Of a DNA stretch of 64,000 bases, positions 60,901-64,000 are shown in pieces (position 1 is the stretch's first letter; each line of letters opens with the position of its first letter). The translations under genes and the position numbers were made by a program. This DNA is from Stylophora pistillata (taxonomy: Eukaryota). The stretch covers positions 73,933-137,932 of the forward strand of contig NW_019218198.1 of NCBI RefSeq assembly GCF_002571385.2. The letters run 5' to 3'. Under the pieces are notes generated by a model that worked only from the letters and a program-made list of their open reading frames with translations, did not search any database and was not told where the DNA came from.

Positions 60901-63900
60901 ATGGCTTCACGAAGGTGAGTATAACTTCTGCATTTAATTGATGCCTATTTTCCTTGATGCGCGAAATTCTTTGGTACAACAAACCTTGTCAATTTAATAG
61001 TGAAGTAGTGTAATGCTTTACGAGACATGAGAGAAATTCATGTAGCTAAATCTTTTTTTAAATTTCAAACTTTTGATGCGTACGTGGCTTTCGACTAAAC
61101 TTAGGGTGGAACCTTAGCTACTATTAATACCTTGCAGGAATTTTTCTGGATTATTCCATCGGATATTTTCTGAAAGATTTTGATGAAAGAGTTGTTACTT
61201 ACTACTAAAAAGGGAAAACTTATGTACTTTGGAAAAAGATTGACTTCAAGTTTTTTTGACGCTTTACATGTTTTCCCGTGGATGTTAAGAGTTTATAGGT
61301 TGTACGTGAGCTGTATTAATTAGATGCTTACCGCTTTGACCCGTGTAAGAACCTACATTGGCAAGGTACATGTAATTGGAGATGGATAGAAAAAGGTATA
61401 ACTACATAATACAGGGCCACTTATTTACATCTCATTGAATCACAGTGCATCCTTCAAAAAAAACGACATCAAGTAAAGATTGAATTCATCGCGTGTAAAG
61501 AAAATGACTCTCCATAGTTATTTTTGTCTCAGAATTAAAATGCTAATTCCTCAAATTATCTCGTATGATTTTTTTAATGGCTGTTGCAATTTTTTTTTAT
61601 ATCATGTTTTATCTGTTTTATAATTTCCTTCAATCACAGCTTTAACCCTCATCCCGAGCTATCTCCGTTATGCCAGAGATTATGGGATGCTGATGAAAAT
61701 CGTCTTGAACCAGGAATTGATTACAAAATTGATCCACAAGGCAGAACCCACTACCATTCACGCGATGAGCGTGCCAGGGATCCTCTCTTTACTTTTGTTA
61801 AACCAGAAGTTTTCCAGCGTATCACATTTAAGAGTAAGAGCTCATAATTCCAAATTATGGTTCCTTTTCTGTCATGGGTTAATTGAGTTTGTTAAAAAAA
61901 ACTTTCAGGTCAATTTGCAAGCTTGACTATTTTCGTCTATGTGACTTGTCTTAAAAGTTTCAAAGTTGGACAAGTTCATAATTTTACATCAGCAACAACC
62001 AGTCAAACTAGTGCAAAAAAGATGTTGGCATGTTGGGTTACTTGATGACACATCCAGTTTTTAGCATAGACATATATCATCTTTCCTTCTTTCTTATTAT
62101 TAGGTGTCAGGGTATCAATGACTAAACTGTCGGGAAAAGTGATTAATGGGGTTTTCTTAGTGATAAACTGGTATTCAATACAACAGGAGTAGCTGTGCTC
62201 CAGGTGGCTTTATGTTACAGAAATTGGAGGAAGTTTCTACAGCAATAGGTCATAAGTTAGGCTAATATTTTATAGCCAAAAAGTGAAACTTTTGTCTGTT
62301 TTCCCTAAGGATTCATAGCTTTACTGGACAACTATGAAAGTGAAGGTGGACAGGGAGAAGTAGTAACAGAACATGAAATTAAAGAAAACCAGTGTTTCAT
62401 TGATGCTATTATGGAAACTAAGCCAATGAAAATTGCCCATGAATTCTTGGCTTCCAAGAATCTCATGCCAAAAGATAGAGGACAATTTAAAAGGCAGCTT
62501 TACAAGATTTGGTTTCAGTTGTTCCGAAGAACAAAGGGAGTAAGGTGTGTGAGAAAAGTTGTATCTTAGAGTTTACTTGTGTTGTAATGTTAATAATTTG
62601 GACATAATTTATGCAGGATGTTCTTGGAAAGGGAACTTACAGAAACATCTCACTGAAATCTGGGGGCATGCCAGGATATTTTACTGTAATTAATTCCAAA
62701 TGTTCCTGAACAAAGAGGGTGTTTCATGGTTGCAGGGAACCTCCCTTATTACCCTGTAGGGTTATAAGATGACAGAGCCTGCTTTAGCTGTGTATTTGTG
62801 CTACCAGATGGTTGGTTTGATCAGCATTTTGCATTGATGTAATCCTTTTCAGGCATTTGTGCATTGTAAAAGGAGGAAAGTACTTTCATTAAACTTATGA
62901 AAGCACCTCTTGAAAAACTAACATAAATTTATGAGACCTTAGTTATGTGGGTGCCTATGGTGACATTTCAAAGAAAATTATGAATTTAGTGATAATGGTG
63001 GCTCAATGATTTCTGTGGAAAAGGTGAGAAGACCAGAGTTTCTCAATCAAGTTAACAGACAGGTGTAAAATGGAAAATTGCTTGTAGGGAATTAGACTCT
63101 TCTGGATTTGAGCATGTCTTTGTGGGTGAGACGAGAAACAAGGCAGAGGTGATTGGATTCCACAACTGGATACAGTTCTACTTACAAGAGAAACGAGGCT
63201 TTGTTGACTACAAAGGGTTTTTCCCCAGTCGGAGGGTAAGCATGGCAATGAGATCTTTTTAAGATGTGAGACATTATTTGAATTGAATGCTTCACATGCA
63301 TCCTTAGGCCCCACCTCTTTGTGTCATGGTTCTTTTTTTTTTTAACTTTTAATTTGTTTCCTTCTTTTCCATTTTCTATTTGAACTCCATGTCAAGAGGG
63401 CTCAGTTTAACCCCTCACTATATTGTAGAGTTGTGTTAATGGGCAAGGCACTTTATTCCCTCTTTGTCCACCCTAGAATAGAAATGGGTAACAGCAAACT
63501 GTCATGGAAACTGGACAAAGTACTGAAGGCTAAACAAGGGGGTGTAGTGGTGCCACTCATCACTTAGTGCTACCCTCTAGTGTCACTTATTTCTATGGAA
63601 TCTCAGTGAGACTCACCCCTGAGAACAAGAGCACAGACTTGACTGACAGTGTTTACAGTCAGGACCAACAGGTTTATGCATTGTTTCTTCATTTCAATAG
63701 AAGCGACACGTTAGCAGTGAAGAGCAGAGTAAAAACCAGCTAATCACAATTCAGTTTAATTGGAAGGGTGATGTGAAGCCAATTGGCAGTAGTTTCATTG
63801 GCACCAGTCCTGAATTCGAGATGGCATTGTACACTGTCTGTTACTTAGCAGGAGAAGGAAAAGATGTGCAAGTGGAGATTGATGATTATGATGTTACCAT

Positions 63901-63952
63901 CAAAGCACATCACATGGGACCATATATGGGAAGCTGTTATCCACAATGTTGA
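60901..63952 (+). CDS. ENDOU: Poly(U)-specific endoribonuclease (XendoU-type, no signal peptide), ~280 aa, 5 exons
   Basis: Exons 60901-60914, 61640-61833, 62310-62544, 63088-63235, 63701-63952; total 843 nt. Motifs ELS...[52 protein letters not shown]...[29 protein letters not shown]. The catalytic His/His/Lys residues are present. Confidence 0.95.
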
Positions 63953-64000
63953 CAATACTGACACTTGCATTACTTGGTTGCTATGAATTTAATCAATTTG

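Overview
Eukaryotic, intron-rich, AT-rich genomic DNA. The repeat families and gene content suggest an anthozoan cnidarian, probably a stony coral; this is inferred, not proven. I assembled seven spliced protein-coding genes by hand, using GT-AG sites and frame continuity. (1) A membrane-anchored DUF885-family protein, a mostly bacterial family, here with 7 introns (3804-10056, +). (2) An unrecognised secreted protein with 12 Gly-X-Y collagen triplets, a Cys pair, a coiled coil, a poly-Pro region and a basic KKSS/His tail (11637-15079, +). (3) Transcription factor AP-2, with micro-exons and a candidate alternative first exon (23483-36144, +). (4) PPM1G (38019-46140, -), head-to-head with (5) SELENOI/EPT1 (46654-51871, +). 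(6) DSCC1 (54309-60818, -), whose ATG lies only 82 bp from that of (7) a XendoU-type ENDOU (60901-63952, +). Mobile and repeated DNA includes a decayed L2/CR1-type LINE, an IS3EU-like deletion derivative with a 6-bp TSD, two Penelope-type hammerhead-ribozyme remnants (one inside a 302-bp loop-less palindrome), several MITE-like hairpins, tRNA-derived SINEs, minisatellites and a large GACT microsatellite spanning an assembly gap. No CRISPR array, rRNA or intact tRNA gene is supported. All homology calls come from recognising motifs, not from database searches.
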